Part shown: positions 27,896 to 38,043 of the stretch, one piece after another
Numbering within the stretch: position 1 is the stretch's first letter
Layout of the letters: the number at the start of each line of letters is the position of its first letter
The notes under the pieces: model-generated
The model's database searches: none
Seen by the model: the letters and a program-made list of their open reading frames with translations, nothing else
What the model was told of the DNA's origin: nothing
Translations under genes and position numbers: made by a program
Assembly: GCA_963704905.1 (NCBI GenBank)
Contig: CAVPHZ010000001.1
Coordinates: forward strand, 515,438 to 579,437
Direction of reading: 5' to 3'
DNA: 64,000 bases
From: Candidatus Chisholmbacteria bacterium
GTDB lineage: Bacteria > Patescibacteriota > Microgenomatia > UBA1400 > Chisholmbacteraceae

Positions 27896-30298
27896 ATGAA
27901 AGCTAACCTGCCCAGGAAAAAAAAGCTTATCCCGATCAGTGAAGCTGCTGAGGTGTTGGGAGTTTCAGTTGATACCATCCGACGATGGGATAAGAAAGGA
28001 ACGCTACACGCGGAAAGACCGAATGGAAAGACGCGGTATTTTTCGCTGGAGGAAATTGAAAACATCAAGTTTTCCAAACCCCTCTCGATCTCTGAGGCAT
28101 CGAAACAATTGGGACTTTCTGCATCTACACTCAGGCGACTTGAGGAAAGAGAGGTACTCAAGCCTGACAGAAATGACGCGGGTGAGCGTCAATATACAAA
28201 GAAAACTCTGGAAGAATTTCTTCATTCAGAGTATTTCCTAAGAAAAAAAGCTGTTGAAGAGAAGATTCTTGAACCGTTTAAAACGGTTGATCATAAAGAT
28301 GATGATGTCCTTTTTTCAGATGCGCCCAAATCACAGGCTGAACCGAACCATAAGACGCTAAGCATCGAAATTGAAGAACAGAGGAGAAGATTACACCATC
28401 TCACCAAGTTTCAACGATCACTCTGGTCCTCTTTACTGTTTCTGACTACAACTTTCATTCTCCTGGTTACCATTATCACCGTGGCATTTTTAATGTATCC
28501 GGAGGAAACTGCTCTGTTTTTTGGCTACAGAAGTCAAGTTGACCGGCCGATGATTGCGGGTGAGACTGATGATGTACAAGTGCTAGGTGCGACATACCCT
28601 GCTGATGCACCTCTTGAACGAGGTACTCTTGTTGGTCGAGCATTGAAACCGTTTAGCCGAGTGTCTTTGGCGGTTGTGAAACGAATTGATGAAGATACCT
28701 ATGAGGAGATTATTCCTGACCGACGTATTCCAGATGTGAATGATGTGTTTACGATTGATGAAGAAGGATATTTAACCAACTACTTCACATTTCGTCCTCC
28801 AGATAGTTCGTTTCTGGCAATTCCTGATAAAGAGCTGATTGAGAACCTAAACTCAGACTATATTCGAGGAAGAGTTCCAGGTGGTGAGGTGGGTAACTTG
28901 GTTTACTTTGGGGAAGATGGTGTGATTGATGGACTGAGTGTGGGGAGTGAGCAGTTAAGAGCTGGGTCGGTGATTGGTGGAGTGGGAGGAGTGATACTTG
29001 ATTCTTCGATTAGCGCTTTTGACTTAGCGGATGGATCGGTGACAACTCCAAAGTTAGCAGAAGAGGCAGTGACCGAGGCAAAAATATCTGGAAAATCGGT
29101 GAGTGAGGGTAAACTAGCCGATGGGGCGGTTACCAGTGACAAGATTGCAGATGACACTATTACTTCTAAGGACCTGGCTCAGGCTATTGTTCTTGGAGAC
29201 GGGGATTTTCTTGACTTAGGGTCGATTGTCCATAATGACAGAGGGATGCAGGGGTTGAGGTTACCAAATGTACCAACGTCAACACCTGAGGCTCCTGAGA
29301 GTGGAGAGGGTTATATCATCTATAGCACCGCAGGTGATGAGGTCATGGTGTTTTCGAATGGTGCATGGAGTTCGGTTGGGGGTGGGGATATTACGGGTGT
29401 TACAGTTGGGAATGGAATGACTGGTGGCGGATTGGTTGGAGATCTTACCGTTAATTTAGATGTAACAACATCTGGGACTACGTTGACGAACTCTGCAAAC
29501 TCTGGGTTAGAGTTGGCTGCTGATGGTTTGAGCATGCTTCGAGGGTGTGCAGATAACGAGATTCTCAAATGGGATTCTGGATCTGGAGTTTGGCAATGTG
29601 AAGGTGATGTGAGCGGAGCTGGGGCAGTGCAAGTTGAAGAGGGAGATAGTTCTGTGGTGGGTTCGCTTACTAACTTGGATTTTCTGGCTGCTGATTTTAT
29701 TGTTTCCCAATCTCCTGTTGGAGAGGGAAACGTTTCAATAGACTATGCGAATAGCAGCATCACGCGTTCGAGTCAAGCAGAAGCGATCACTGGAGGGTGG
29801 ACATTTAACACACTAGGAACGACATTTGCGACGAGCATTGCTGCCAATGGAGGGATTACGTTTGATCAGACAACTGACACGATTGGAGCCCACACTGCGG
29901 CTGGCACTTATGATATGAACACTAACCTAATCACCAACATTGGCAATGCTGGGACTGACTTTGTTAGTGGTGGAGGACTGACTTTGGCTGGAACCCTAAC
30001 CGCCAATGGACAGGTAACCCTAGGAGATGATGGAGATACGGTGGCCATTGATTCATCAGACTGGAACATTGATGCCACCGGAGCAATTACCGGAATCTCC
30101 TTGGATGCTAATGGCACAGGGAACTCCTTGAGCAATATTGAAAATGCTGATTTAGCTAGTGACACTTTAGATTGGGATAAGTTTGCAAATGCTATGACTG
30201 TCGATGAAGCCACGACCCTGGCATCAACTATTGATTTAACTACTTTTGACCTTAATCATTCACCAGTCGGAACTGCCGCTTCACCCCATCAGTTTTGA
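27896..30298 (+). CDS. giant surface repeat protein, segment 1: two excisionase/MerR-type HTH domains, TM helix, extracellular repeats
   Basis: The HTH domains are 'IPISEAAEVLGVSVDTIRRWDKKGTL' and 'SISEASKQLGLSASTLRRLEEREVL'. The TM helix is 'LLFLTTTFILLVTIITVAFLMY'. The frame is lost at about 30290 by a 1-nt insertion relative to the paralogous copy. Confidence 0.6.
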   Translation: MKANLPRKKKLIPISEAAEVLGVSVDTIRRWDKKGTLHAERPNGKTRYFSLEEIENIKFSKPLSISEASKQLGLSASTLRRLEEREVLKPDRNDAGERQYTKKTLEEFLHSEYFLRKKAVEEKILEPFKTVDHKDDDVLFSDAPKSQAEPNHKTLSIEIEEQRRRLHHLTKFQRSLWSSLLFLTTTFILLVTIITVAFLMYPEETALFFGYRSQVDRPMIAGETDDVQVLGATYPADAPLERGTLVGRALKPFSRVSLAVVKRIDEDTYEEIIPDRRIPDVNDVFTIDEEGYLTNYFTFRPPDSSFLAIPDKELIENLNSDYIRGRVPGGEVGNLVYFGEDGVIDGLSVGSEQLRAGSVIGGVGGVILDSSISAFDLADGSVTTPKLAEEAVTEAKISGKSVSEGKLADGAVTSDKIADDTITSKDLAQAIVLGDGDFLDLGSIVHNDRGMQGLRLPNVPTSTPEAPESGEGYIIYSTAGDEVMVFSNGAWSSVGGGDITGVTVGNGMTGGGLVGDLTVNLDVTTSGTTLTNSANSGLELAADGLSMLRGCADNEILKWDSGSGVWQCEGDVSGAGAVQVEEGDSSVVGSLTNLDFLAADFIVSQSPVGEGNVSIDYANSSITRSSQAEAITGGWTFNTLGTTFATSIAANGGITFDQTTDTIGAHTAAGTYDMNTNLITNIGNAGTDFVSGGGLTLAGTLTANGQVTLGDDGDTVAIDSSDWNIDATGAITGISLDANGTGNSLSNIENADLASDTLDWDKFANAMTVDEATTLASTIDLTTFDLNHSPVGTAASPHQF

Positions 30299-31958
30299 AT
30301 TGACCCCAACTTGGGGAATCGATGCTACCGATCAGACTTTGATTGGCCTGAATATCAACCCGAATACCAATGGAAATACGGATAGTGGTGATGTTCTTGA
30401 GGCAATAAGCATTACCAATATCACTGGGACTGTTGGAACGGAGACAGCAATTGATATTGGAACGGGGTGGGATTCAGGATTGTCGATAGGTGGGACAGTT
30501 GTCATTGATGGGTCTGGCAATGTGGCTGCTAGCCAATTGTCAGGGACGCTAATTACTGTAGCTGGGGATTCTGGCTCACAAGCTGTAAGTCAGGGAAATA
30601 CTTTTACAATTGTGGGTGGGACAAACTTATCGACTACTGGTGCGGCTGGACCACAGGTACAAGTTGATTTGAACAACTCTATTACTCTTTCAGGAGATCT
30701 CACAGTCCAGGGACAGAATGTGAATTTTGACAATGCAACTGATATTGATATCGATGATAATCTGACTGATTCTTTAACGATTTCTGTTGGCGCGGATAAC
30801 TATTTAGATATTGATTCTAATAATGGGACTGAAGGGGTGAGTTTTGGGAATGCGGTTACCAATCCGAGTTTCAGCTTCTTAGGATCGGGTGAGGCTGCGT
30901 TTACTGGGAATGTGAATGCCAACTCTGGAGTAGATGTTACGGGTGCAGACCTGACTGTTGGGGGAGCGAATTTCTCTGTAGCATTTGGCAACGGCAACAT
31001 CACCACTGCAGGAACCTTAGCCGTCAACGGAGACCAAATCACCAGTGACGGGAACCTGGTCATCAATGCCACCAGTACGGATATCCAAGATCCGTTAACG
31101 GCTGATTCGCTTACCTTAGACACGGGAGCCTTGGCCATCAACAATGCCGGAGGGATCACCAGTAACCAAGCCACCCTGATTGTCAATGCCGGCGGGAACG
31201 TTGATGTCCAAGATGCTCTGAATGCTGACAGTATCACTTCTGATGCGGGAGTCTCGATCGCCGCCGGCAATGCCTACACCGGAGCGGGAGCGGTGACCCT
31301 GAGTTCAGGAGCAGGAGCTTTAACCCTGGATGCCAACAATGGAAATGTGACCCTCAATACCGATGATGATCTCTTCCCAACCCTGGGAGCAGGAGATGCT
31401 GACCTAGGAGCCAGCGGCACCCGCTGGGACAACCTGTTTGCTGTAGCAGGTAACTTTTCAGGGAATGTGGATGTAGCCAGTGGTGTTGATATTACTGGTG
31501 CTAATCTGACTGTGGGAGCCACCAACTTCGTGGTGACGGTAGGATCCGGAAACGTGGACACCCAAGGCACCATCCAAGCCGGTTCAGGAAACATCACTCT
31601 TACTGATGCGACGGGAAACATCCAAGCCGGAGCGTATGCCCTGGCCTCCATTGACGGAGATGACCTGAACAGCAACCTGGCTGGGAATGGTCTCACCCTT
31701 ACGGCTGGTTCTCCTGATGTTCTCAACATTGCCCTGGATAGTGCTGCTGCTGATGGAAGTACCACTTCCTCCATCTCCGGTCTTGAATTTGACTCAGGAG
31801 AACTGACCCTGATCCGCGGCTGTGGAGCCAACCAGATCCTGAAATGGGACAACATCAACTTTGAGTGGGATTGTGCGGACGACGATGATACGGGAGGAAC
31901 GGTATCTTTAGACTCTGCTTACAACCAACGGAGGGTCCATCACCGTAGATGCCTATGA
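30246..31958 (+). CDS. giant surface repeat protein, segment 2 (frameshift-interrupted continuation)
   Basis: 'FELTPTWGIDATDQTLIGLNINPNTNGNTD' continues the repeat architecture seen intact at 35090. The segment ends at a second 1-nt insertion near 31935. Confidence 0.5.
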   Translation: MTLIIHQSELPLHPISFELTPTWGIDATDQTLIGLNINPNTNGNTDSGDVLEAISITNITGTVGTETAIDIGTGWDSGLSIGGTVVIDGSGNVAASQLSGTLITVAGDSGSQAVSQGNTFTIVGGTNLSTTGAAGPQVQVDLNNSITLSGDLTVQGQNVNFDNATDIDIDDNLTDSLTISVGADNYLDIDSNNGTEGVSFGNAVTNPSFSFLGSGEAAFTGNVNANSGVDVTGADLTVGGANFSVAFGNGNITTAGTLAVNGDQITSDGNLVINATSTDIQDPLTADSLTLDTGALAINNAGGITSNQATLIVNAGGNVDVQDALNADSITSDAGVSIAAGNAYTGAGAVTLSSGAGALTLDANNGNVTLNTDDDLFPTLGAGDADLGASGTRWDNLFAVAGNFSGNVDVASGVDITGANLTVGATNFVVTVGSGNVDTQGTIQAGSGNITLTDATGNIQAGAYALASIDGDDLNSNLAGNGLTLTAGSPDVLNIALDSAAADGSTTSSISGLEFDSGELTLIRGCGANQILKWDNINFEWDCADDDDTGGTVSLDSAYNQRRVHHRRCL

Positions 31959-33700
31959 TGTGCTGTTCACCCTAGCTGATGCCACCAATGACTACGGATT
32001 GGTCATTGATAACAATACCGCCGGGGACATTGCTACCGCCCTGGAATTCACCACCACGGGTGTGGGAGGCACCTTTGCCACCGCCATTGATACCTACTGA
32101 CGGGGGAATCACCACCGGGATCAACCTGGGTACGAGTGATATCGTGGGAACCACTGCCGACATCAACCTGACCAACTTTGATGTCACCGGGTCCAACGGC
32201 AACATCACCACCGCAGGAACCTTGGCCGTCAACGGAGACCAAATCACCAGTGACGGGAACCTGGTCATCAATGCCACCAGTACGGATATCCAAGATCCGT
32301 TAACGGCTGATTCGCTTACCTTAGACACGGGAGCCTTGGCCATCAACAATGCCGGAGGGATCACCAGTAACCAAGCCACCCTGATTGTCAATGCCGGCGG
32401 GAACGTTGATGTCCAAGATGCTCTGAATGCTGACAGTATCACTTCTGATGCGGGAGTCTCGATCGCCGCCGGCAATGCCTACACCGGAGCGGGAGCGGTG
32501 ACCCTGAGTTCAGGAGCAGGAGCTTTAACCCTGGATGCCAACAATGGAAATGTGACCCTCAATACCGATGATGATCTCATCCCAACCCTGGGAGCAGGAG
32601 ATGCTGACCTAGGAGCCAGCGGCACCCGCTGGGACAACCTGTTTGCTGTAGCAGGTAACTTTTCAGGGAATGTGGATGTAGCCAGTGGTGTTGATATTAC
32701 TGGTGCTAATCTGACTGTGGGAGCCACCAACTTCGTGGTGACGGTAGGATCCGGAAACGTGGACACCCAAGGCACCATCCAAGCCGGTTCAGGAAACATC
32801 ACTCTTACTGATGCGACGGGAAACATCCAAGCCGGAGCGTATGCCCTGGCCTCCATTGACGGAGATGACCTGAACAGCAACCTGGCTGGGAATGGTCTCA
32901 CCCTTACGGCTGCTTCTCCTGATGTTCTCAACATTGCCCTGGATAGTGCTGCTGCTGATGGAAGTGTGGGACCGACGGTTCCTCCATCGTCCGGTCTTGA
33001 ATTTGACTCAGGAGAACTGACCCTGATCCGCGGCTGTGGAGCCAACCAGATCCTCAAATGGGACAACGTGAACTTTGAATGGGATTGTGCGGACGACGAC
33101 GATGCCGGACTCTCCACGGAATCTTTAGATACTGCTTATGACCAAGGTGGTTCCATTACCGTGGATGCGTATGATGTGCTGTTCACCCTAGCTGATGCCA
33201 CCAATGACTACGGCCTGGTCATCGATAACAATACCGCAGGTGACATTGCCACCGCCCTGGAATTCACCACCACGGGTGTGGGAGGCACCTTTGCCACCGC
33301 CATTGATACCTCTGACGGGGGAATCACCACCGGGATCAACCTGGGTACGAGTGATATCGTGGGAACCACTGCCGACATCAACCTGACCAACTTTGATGTC
33401 ACCGGGTCCAACGGCAACATCACCACTGCAGGAACCTTAGCCGTCAACGGAGACCAAATCACCAGTGACGGGAACCTGGTCATCAATGCCACCAGTACGG
33501 ATATCCAAGATCCGTTAACGGCTGATTCGCTTACCTTAGACACGGGAGCCTTGGCCATCAACAATGCCGGAGGGATCACCAGCAACCAAGCCACCCTGAT
33601 TGTCAATGCCGGCGGGAACGTTGATGTCCAAGATGCTCTGAATGCTGACAGTATCACTTCTGATGCGGGAGTCTCGATCGCCGCCGGGAACGCCTACACC
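30991..33700. repeat. about 1.21-kb near-identical tandem direct repeat, about 2.2 copies (30991-32195, 32196-33410, 33411-~33700)
   Basis: Direct comparison of the three intervals shows near-identical sequence with a period of about 1205-1215 bp. The first copy starts at 'caacggcaacatcacc'. Confidence 0.85.
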
Positions 33701-36313
33701 GGAGCGGGAGCTGTTACCCTGTCCTCCGCGGCAGGTACTGCTTTAACCATTAACTCGGGTACTACTGGAACTTTGGCAATTGGAGATGATGGGAGCGCTG
33801 AAACTATTAATCTTGGAACTGGAGCTGCTGCTAAGACTCTAGTTTTGGGATCGACGAACACAACAAGCTCAACAGCTATTCGGTCTGGATCAGGAGGAGT
33901 GAATATCAATGCCAGTATTAATCAACCGATGAATATCGGGACTGGTACTTCGACAGGACTGGTTACCATTGGTGGGAGTGCCGCACAAACGATTTCGATT
34001 GCCAATGGAGCGGCAGCAAAGACTCTTAATTTGGGAAGCTCGAATACAACCTCCACAACGACTCTTCTCTCTGGGTCAGGTGGTATTAACTTGAATGCGA
34101 GCAATAACCAACCCGTGAATGTTGCAACCGGTACTTCTGCTGGACTTGTGACTATTGGTGGTAGTGCAGCGCAGTCAATTGCAATAGGAAACGGTGCAGC
34201 TGCCAAGACAGTTACCTTGGGATCGACCAACACCACCAGTACTACGACCATTCAATCGGGAACGGGGAATGTGAATTTCAGCGCAGGAAGTACTGGAGAT
34301 TTTCTTTTCAACGTTGATGATGACAGCACGCTTATTTTAACCGGTTCTGTGACCAATACTGGTTCATTGCAAGATATTAACTTAACCCTTGGTAATGACG
34401 CTGGAGCCGATACGGTAGCAGGTCTTCAGATTGACGTTACCAGTGTGGATACGGGAGCAGACTCTGATGTCCTTTTGGGTCTTAATATCGGGAACCTTAC
34501 GGGAGGGAATGCCAATGTTACGGAGCGTGCTTTACAGATTGGAACCGGATGGGACATGGGTATTGATGTACAAAGTGGGGGGATTACGATTTCTTCTGGG
34601 GCTTTGGCAATTAACAATGCAAGTGGAATTACTTCAAACCAAGCAACCTTAATCATTAACGCTTCCGGAACTGTGGATGTGCAAGACGCCCTGAACGCTG
34701 ACTCGATCACCTCAGATGCTGGAGTCTCGATTGCGGCTGGGAATTCATACACCGGAGCCGGGGCCGTGACCTTCTCAAGCGGTGGTGGGGCTGGACTTAC
34801 AATCGATTCAGCCAATGGAACTATAACCATTCAAACTGATGATGATCTCATACCCACACTTGGGGCCGGAGATGCCGATATCGGGGCATCCGGAACCCGC
34901 TGGGATAACATTTATGCATTGAACTCGAATTTCTCGGGAACAGTTACTGCAAATGACTTTAGCTGTACTGACTGTTTGGATTTTGCCGAACTTGTTAATG
35001 GCATGACGGTGGATGAAGCTACTACAATGGCATCGACTTTGGCGGCTACGACGCTGGACCTTAATGTTTCTCCGGCTGGAACCGCTGCGAGTCCAGTGGC
35101 TTTTGAGATCACTCCAACTTGGGGTATTGATGCAACAGACCAGACGTTGTATGGATTACAGATTAACCCGAACACGAACGGGAATACCGATGCAGGAGAC
35201 GTGCTTGGGGCAATGTTTATTGGGAATATTACCGGAACTGCCGGAACGGAAAGAGCGATTACCATTGGAACCGGATGGGATACGGGACTTGAGATTAATA
35301 GCGGAGGTATCAATGTGGTTGCTGGAGGAATTACGATAGCTTCTGGGGCATTGGCAGTGAACTCCGATTCGATCACATCTGATGGAGCGACTCTGACGAT
35401 CAATGCCGCTGGAACCGTGGATGTTGATGATGTATTGAACGCCAATTCCATTACTTCGGATGCTGGTGTCTCGATAGCCGCCGGGAATGCTTACACCGGA
35501 GCTGGGGCGGTAACGGTATCGTCTGGAGGTGGGGCGACAATAACAATAGACTCAGCAAACGGAAGCGTAACCTTCCAGACAGACGATGATCTTATTCCAA
35601 CGCTTGGAGCTGGGGATGCTGATCTCGGTTCTTCAGGACTGCGATGGGATAACGTTTTTGCAACTGTTGGGAATTACGCAAGTACTTTAAATGCCGATGG
35701 AACCGTTACGATTGGGACCGGCGGGAATACCTTTACCTTTGATCCCTCGAGTGGACCGACGTATGCCGGGACGGCGAGGATCAGTAAAACTATGACACTG
35801 CATGCTGAGTACGCAGGTGCGACACTTTCTGATTATTATGGCGCTGGAACGGACTCAAATACTTCAGGGACGATGATTGCAGATGTTGAGCCGAATGCAA
35901 CTGACCTGCAACGGACGTACTACGAATGGGAGCGCGGTGCTGCTACACAACATTTCCAGACGGTTGCGGTTCGGGTGACGCTTCCGCAGGATTTTGCTGC
36001 ATGGCAGACAAGTAATGCCATGGTTGTTGATTTTGAAACCGAGAATACGACGAGTACAAACAGCGATGTGGATGTGCGAGTGTACCTGGAAAGTGATGCG
36101 ACAACTGCAGTTGCAACGAGTGCTGATAACGCCTCTTCGGTCGCGAATACTTGGGAGACGGTTACGATTGATGATAGCGTTCTTGATGATGGTGGTGCTC
36201 CTGAGTGGGATGCGGCTGGGGAAACGGTGGTTATATACTTGCGGATGGGATCGCAGAGTGGAAACCATGTGCGAGTTGGGGATATCACTTTAAATTACCT
36301 AGCCCAGTTTTAA
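31979..36313 (+). CDS. giant surface repeat protein, segments 3 and 4 (continuation; the true frame resumes at about 32101 after the stop at 32098..32100, and a short 31960..32100 piece is in a third frame)
   Basis: It holds near-identical repeats of the segment-2 sequence and shares modules with the 51805 gene, such as NADSITSDAGVSIAAGNAYTGAGAVT. The first 40 codons of the listed ORF are out of the repeat frame. Confidence 0.55.
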   Translation: MPPMTTDWSLITIPPGTLLPPWNSPPRVWEAPLPPPLIPTDGGITTGINLGTSDIVGTTADINLTNFDVTGSNGNITTAGTLAVNGDQITSDGNLVINATSTDIQDPLTADSLTLDTGALAINNAGGITSNQATLIVNAGGNVDVQDALNADSITSDAGVSIAAGNAYTGAGAVTLSSGAGALTLDANNGNVTLNTDDDLIPTLGAGDADLGASGTRWDNLFAVAGNFSGNVDVASGVDITGANLTVGATNFVVTVGSGNVDTQGTIQAGSGNITLTDATGNIQAGAYALASIDGDDLNSNLAGNGLTLTAASPDVLNIALDSAAADGSVGPTVPPSSGLEFDSGELTLIRGCGANQILKWDNVNFEWDCADDDDAGLSTESLDTAYDQGGSITVDAYDVLFTLADATNDYGLVIDNNTAGDIATALEFTTTGVGGTFATAIDTSDGGITTGINLGTSDIVGTTADINLTNFDVTGSNGNITTAGTLAVNGDQITSDGNLVINATSTDIQDPLTADSLTLDTGALAINNAGGITSNQATLIVNAGGNVDVQDALNADSITSDAGVSIAAGNAYTGAGAVTLSSAAGTALTINSGTTGTLAIGDDGSAETINLGTGAAAKTLVLGSTNTTSSTAIRSGSGGVNINASINQPMNIGTGTSTGLVTIGGSAAQTISIANGAAAKTLNLGSSNTTSTTTLLSGSGGINLNASNNQPVNVATGTSAGLVTIGGSAAQSIAIGNGAAAKTVTLGSTNTTSTTTIQSGTGNVNFSAGSTGDFLFNVDDDSTLILTGSVTNTGSLQDINLTLGNDAGADTVAGLQIDVTSVDTGADSDVLLGLNIGNLTGGNANVTERALQIGTGWDMGIDVQSGGITISSGALAINNASGITSNQATLIINASGTVDVQDALNADSITSDAGVSIAAGNSYTGAGAVTFSSGGGAGLTIDSANGTITIQTDDDLIPTLGAGDADIGASGTRWDNIYALNSNFSGTVTANDFSCTDCLDFAELVNGMTVDEATTMASTLAATTLDLNVSPAGTAASPVAFEITPTWGIDATDQTLYGLQINPNTNGNTDAGDVLGAMFIGNITGTAGTERAITIGTGWDTGLEINSGGINVVAGGITIASGALAVNSDSITSDGATLTINAAGTVDVDDVLNANSITSDAGVSIAAGNAYTGAGAVTVSSGGGATITIDSANGSVTFQTDDDLIPTLGAGDADLGSSGLRWDNVFATVGNYASTLNADGTVTIGTGGNTFTFDPSSGPTYAGTARISKTMTLHAEYAGATLSDYYGAGTDSNTSGTMIADVEPNATDLQRTYYEWERGAATQHFQTVAVRVTLPQDFAAWQTSNAMVVDFETENTTSTNSDVDVRVYLESDATTAVATSADNASSVANTWETVTIDDSVLDDGGAPEWDAAGETVVIYLRMGSQSGNHVRVGDITLNYLAQF

Positions 36314-36320
36314 AAGGAGA

Positions 36321-38015
36321 ATGAAGTATAAAGTATGGTGTATGAAATTACGACGAAGAATTATTGTCAAGGCGTTCGCTGTACTTCTTCTACTGCTTCT
36401 TCAAATTTATAGTTGGCTCTCTCCTAGTTATTTTCAAATACCTCAAGCGTATGCGGCAGATATGGCACGGTTAGAGTGGGGGGTAGAAACAGGTGTGACT
36501 ACGAGTTGGACAACGGTGAATCTGTCAAATACATTTTCAAGTCCAATTGTATCGGCCACAGCTCTCTATAGCTACACGTTAGGAGGAACTGGTGATGAAT
36601 GTTCGATAGAAGCGGAAGTACAATCTGTTACTTCTACAAGCTTTCAAGTTCGGATGGGGGTACCGCCGCACAGCTCTGCAAGCAGTTGTACAGCTGATCC
36701 AAGTTCGATTGAAGTGCACTGGTTAGTTGCTGAAAATACCGGAACTACAACCGATACGACTTTACCAGGCACAAGTATTCAAGTTCAAGCGGGGAGTTTT
36801 AGCACAACGAATTTGGATGGGGCTGGTGATTGGACTGATACCACAGGGAATGTGACGATCTATCCTACATTTAGCGCACCGATTACCCTTTCTCAACGAG
36901 TTTCCTGGAATGCTACCAATTGGGCGACGGCTGCAAGCTTTCGGACTGGGAACCGCGCAGATTACTTACGAGCAGGTGATGGCACAGTTCATGTTAGTTT
37001 TATGGATGGTGGGATGTCTGCTTCAAGTATGACCAGCTCTGATACTCTGCATTATATAATCCATGATGGGAATGAAAATGGAACGGTTAGCGGGGATTAC
37101 GGTTCTTATGTCCAATCACTACTCTCGTCGGATTCAATCCTGGGTTTACAAAATAGTGCAAGCGGTTATTCTATGGGGACATTGAGTGGTTTTTCTTCTG
37201 CACCAGCAATTGCTTTGGCTGATAGTATTGAAGAGGATGGAGGGGATGGTCACTGGTGGGTAACAAAGAGTTTGTCGACTACTGATTGGTTGGGATGGGC
37301 AATTGAAGATCAGGAAAGTGACAATGAGCGGAGCCATACAACAGAAGTTGAAGGTGGGATTGTGTTTGAAACTTCCGGTGCTTATCCCGAAGCTACCTTT
37401 ACCCAAAACCGCTACCGCTGGTACGTCGATAATGATTCTACCAATCCTGTCGGTGCATGGGGAAACCCTGACCTGGCAGAGAATACGGCGATTACGATTA
37501 CTCCCAGTGGCAACGATCCACCCAATGAGACACAAGAACTGCGGCTGCGGGTGAATCTAACTGTTAATACTGGCGGTATGCCGGTTGGCATGCAGCAATT
37601 CACCCTGCAATACAAAGAAGGAACAGATGGAAGCTGTACGACGGGGAGCTGGACGGATGTGGGAGCAGCAGCCACCTGGGAGTATGCGACCAGTAGTGTT
37701 ACTGACGGAGCTGATATCACGGGAGTGCTCACCGGAACTGATAGAGATCAAGAATATGCAAAGAGTGAACCGACTCAAATCAATCACAATCTTGGGAGAG
37801 TGAATGAAGACATTGAGTATGACTTTCATATCATTGGCACTAACATTTCCAGTGCTACTCAATATAGTTTCCGACTTATTGAAGCCGATGATACTGTTTT
37901 AGATGGCTATACCAATTGTCCTACATTGACCACTGAACCGGGACCAACAGACCTCATGCGGCATGGTCGATATTATGCTGATGAGGTGAAGGGAGGGTTT
38001 TTCTGGGCGAAATAG
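36321..38015 (+). CDS. secreted protein of unknown function (paralog family)
   Basis: It has an N-terminal signal/TM segment. An RBS 'AAGGAG' sits upstream. A paralog lies immediately downstream. Confidence 0.6.
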   Translation: MKYKVWCMKLRRRIIVKAFAVLLLLLLQIYSWLSPSYFQIPQAYAADMARLEWGVETGVTTSWTTVNLSNTFSSPIVSATALYSYTLGGTGDECSIEAEVQSVTSTSFQVRMGVPPHSSASSCTADPSSIEVHWLVAENTGTTTDTTLPGTSIQVQAGSFSTTNLDGAGDWTDTTGNVTIYPTFSAPITLSQRVSWNATNWATAASFRTGNRADYLRAGDGTVHVSFMDGGMSASSMTSSDTLHYIIHDGNENGTVSGDYGSYVQSLLSSDSILGLQNSASGYSMGTLSGFSSAPAIALADSIEEDGGDGHWWVTKSLSTTDWLGWAIEDQESDNERSHTTEVEGGIVFETSGAYPEATFTQNRYRWYVDNDSTNPVGAWGNPDLAENTAITITPSGNDPPNETQELRLRVNLTVNTGGMPVGMQQFTLQYKEGTDGSCTTGSWTDVGAAATWEYATSSVTDGADITGVLTGTDRDQEYAKSEPTQINHNLGRVNEDIEYDFHIIGTNISSATQYSFRLIEADDTVLDGYTNCPTLTTEPGPTDLMRHGRYYADEVKGGFFWAK

Positions 38016-38043
38016 CTAACGAAGCTGGCTAGAATACAGATTT

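Noticed and set aside
31979-32100. Treating ORF 31979..36313 as an independent gene starting at its Met
   Set aside because: Its first about 40 codons ('MPPMTTDWSLITIPP...') are an out-of-frame translation of repeat DNA. The conserved repeat frame is only regained after the TGA at 32098-32100, so this is a continuation of the upstream giant gene.
28903-36288. Dozens of antisense and alternative-frame ORFs inside the first giant gene, for example 30800..31270, 31274..31858, 32479..33117, 33208..33657 and 35920..36288
   Set aside because: They are composed of Pro/Ala/Val/Ser-rich low-complexity translations of the Gly/Thr/Asn-rich repeat DNA, and they repeat with the same 1.2-kb period. They are artefacts of the repetitive sense strand, not genes.
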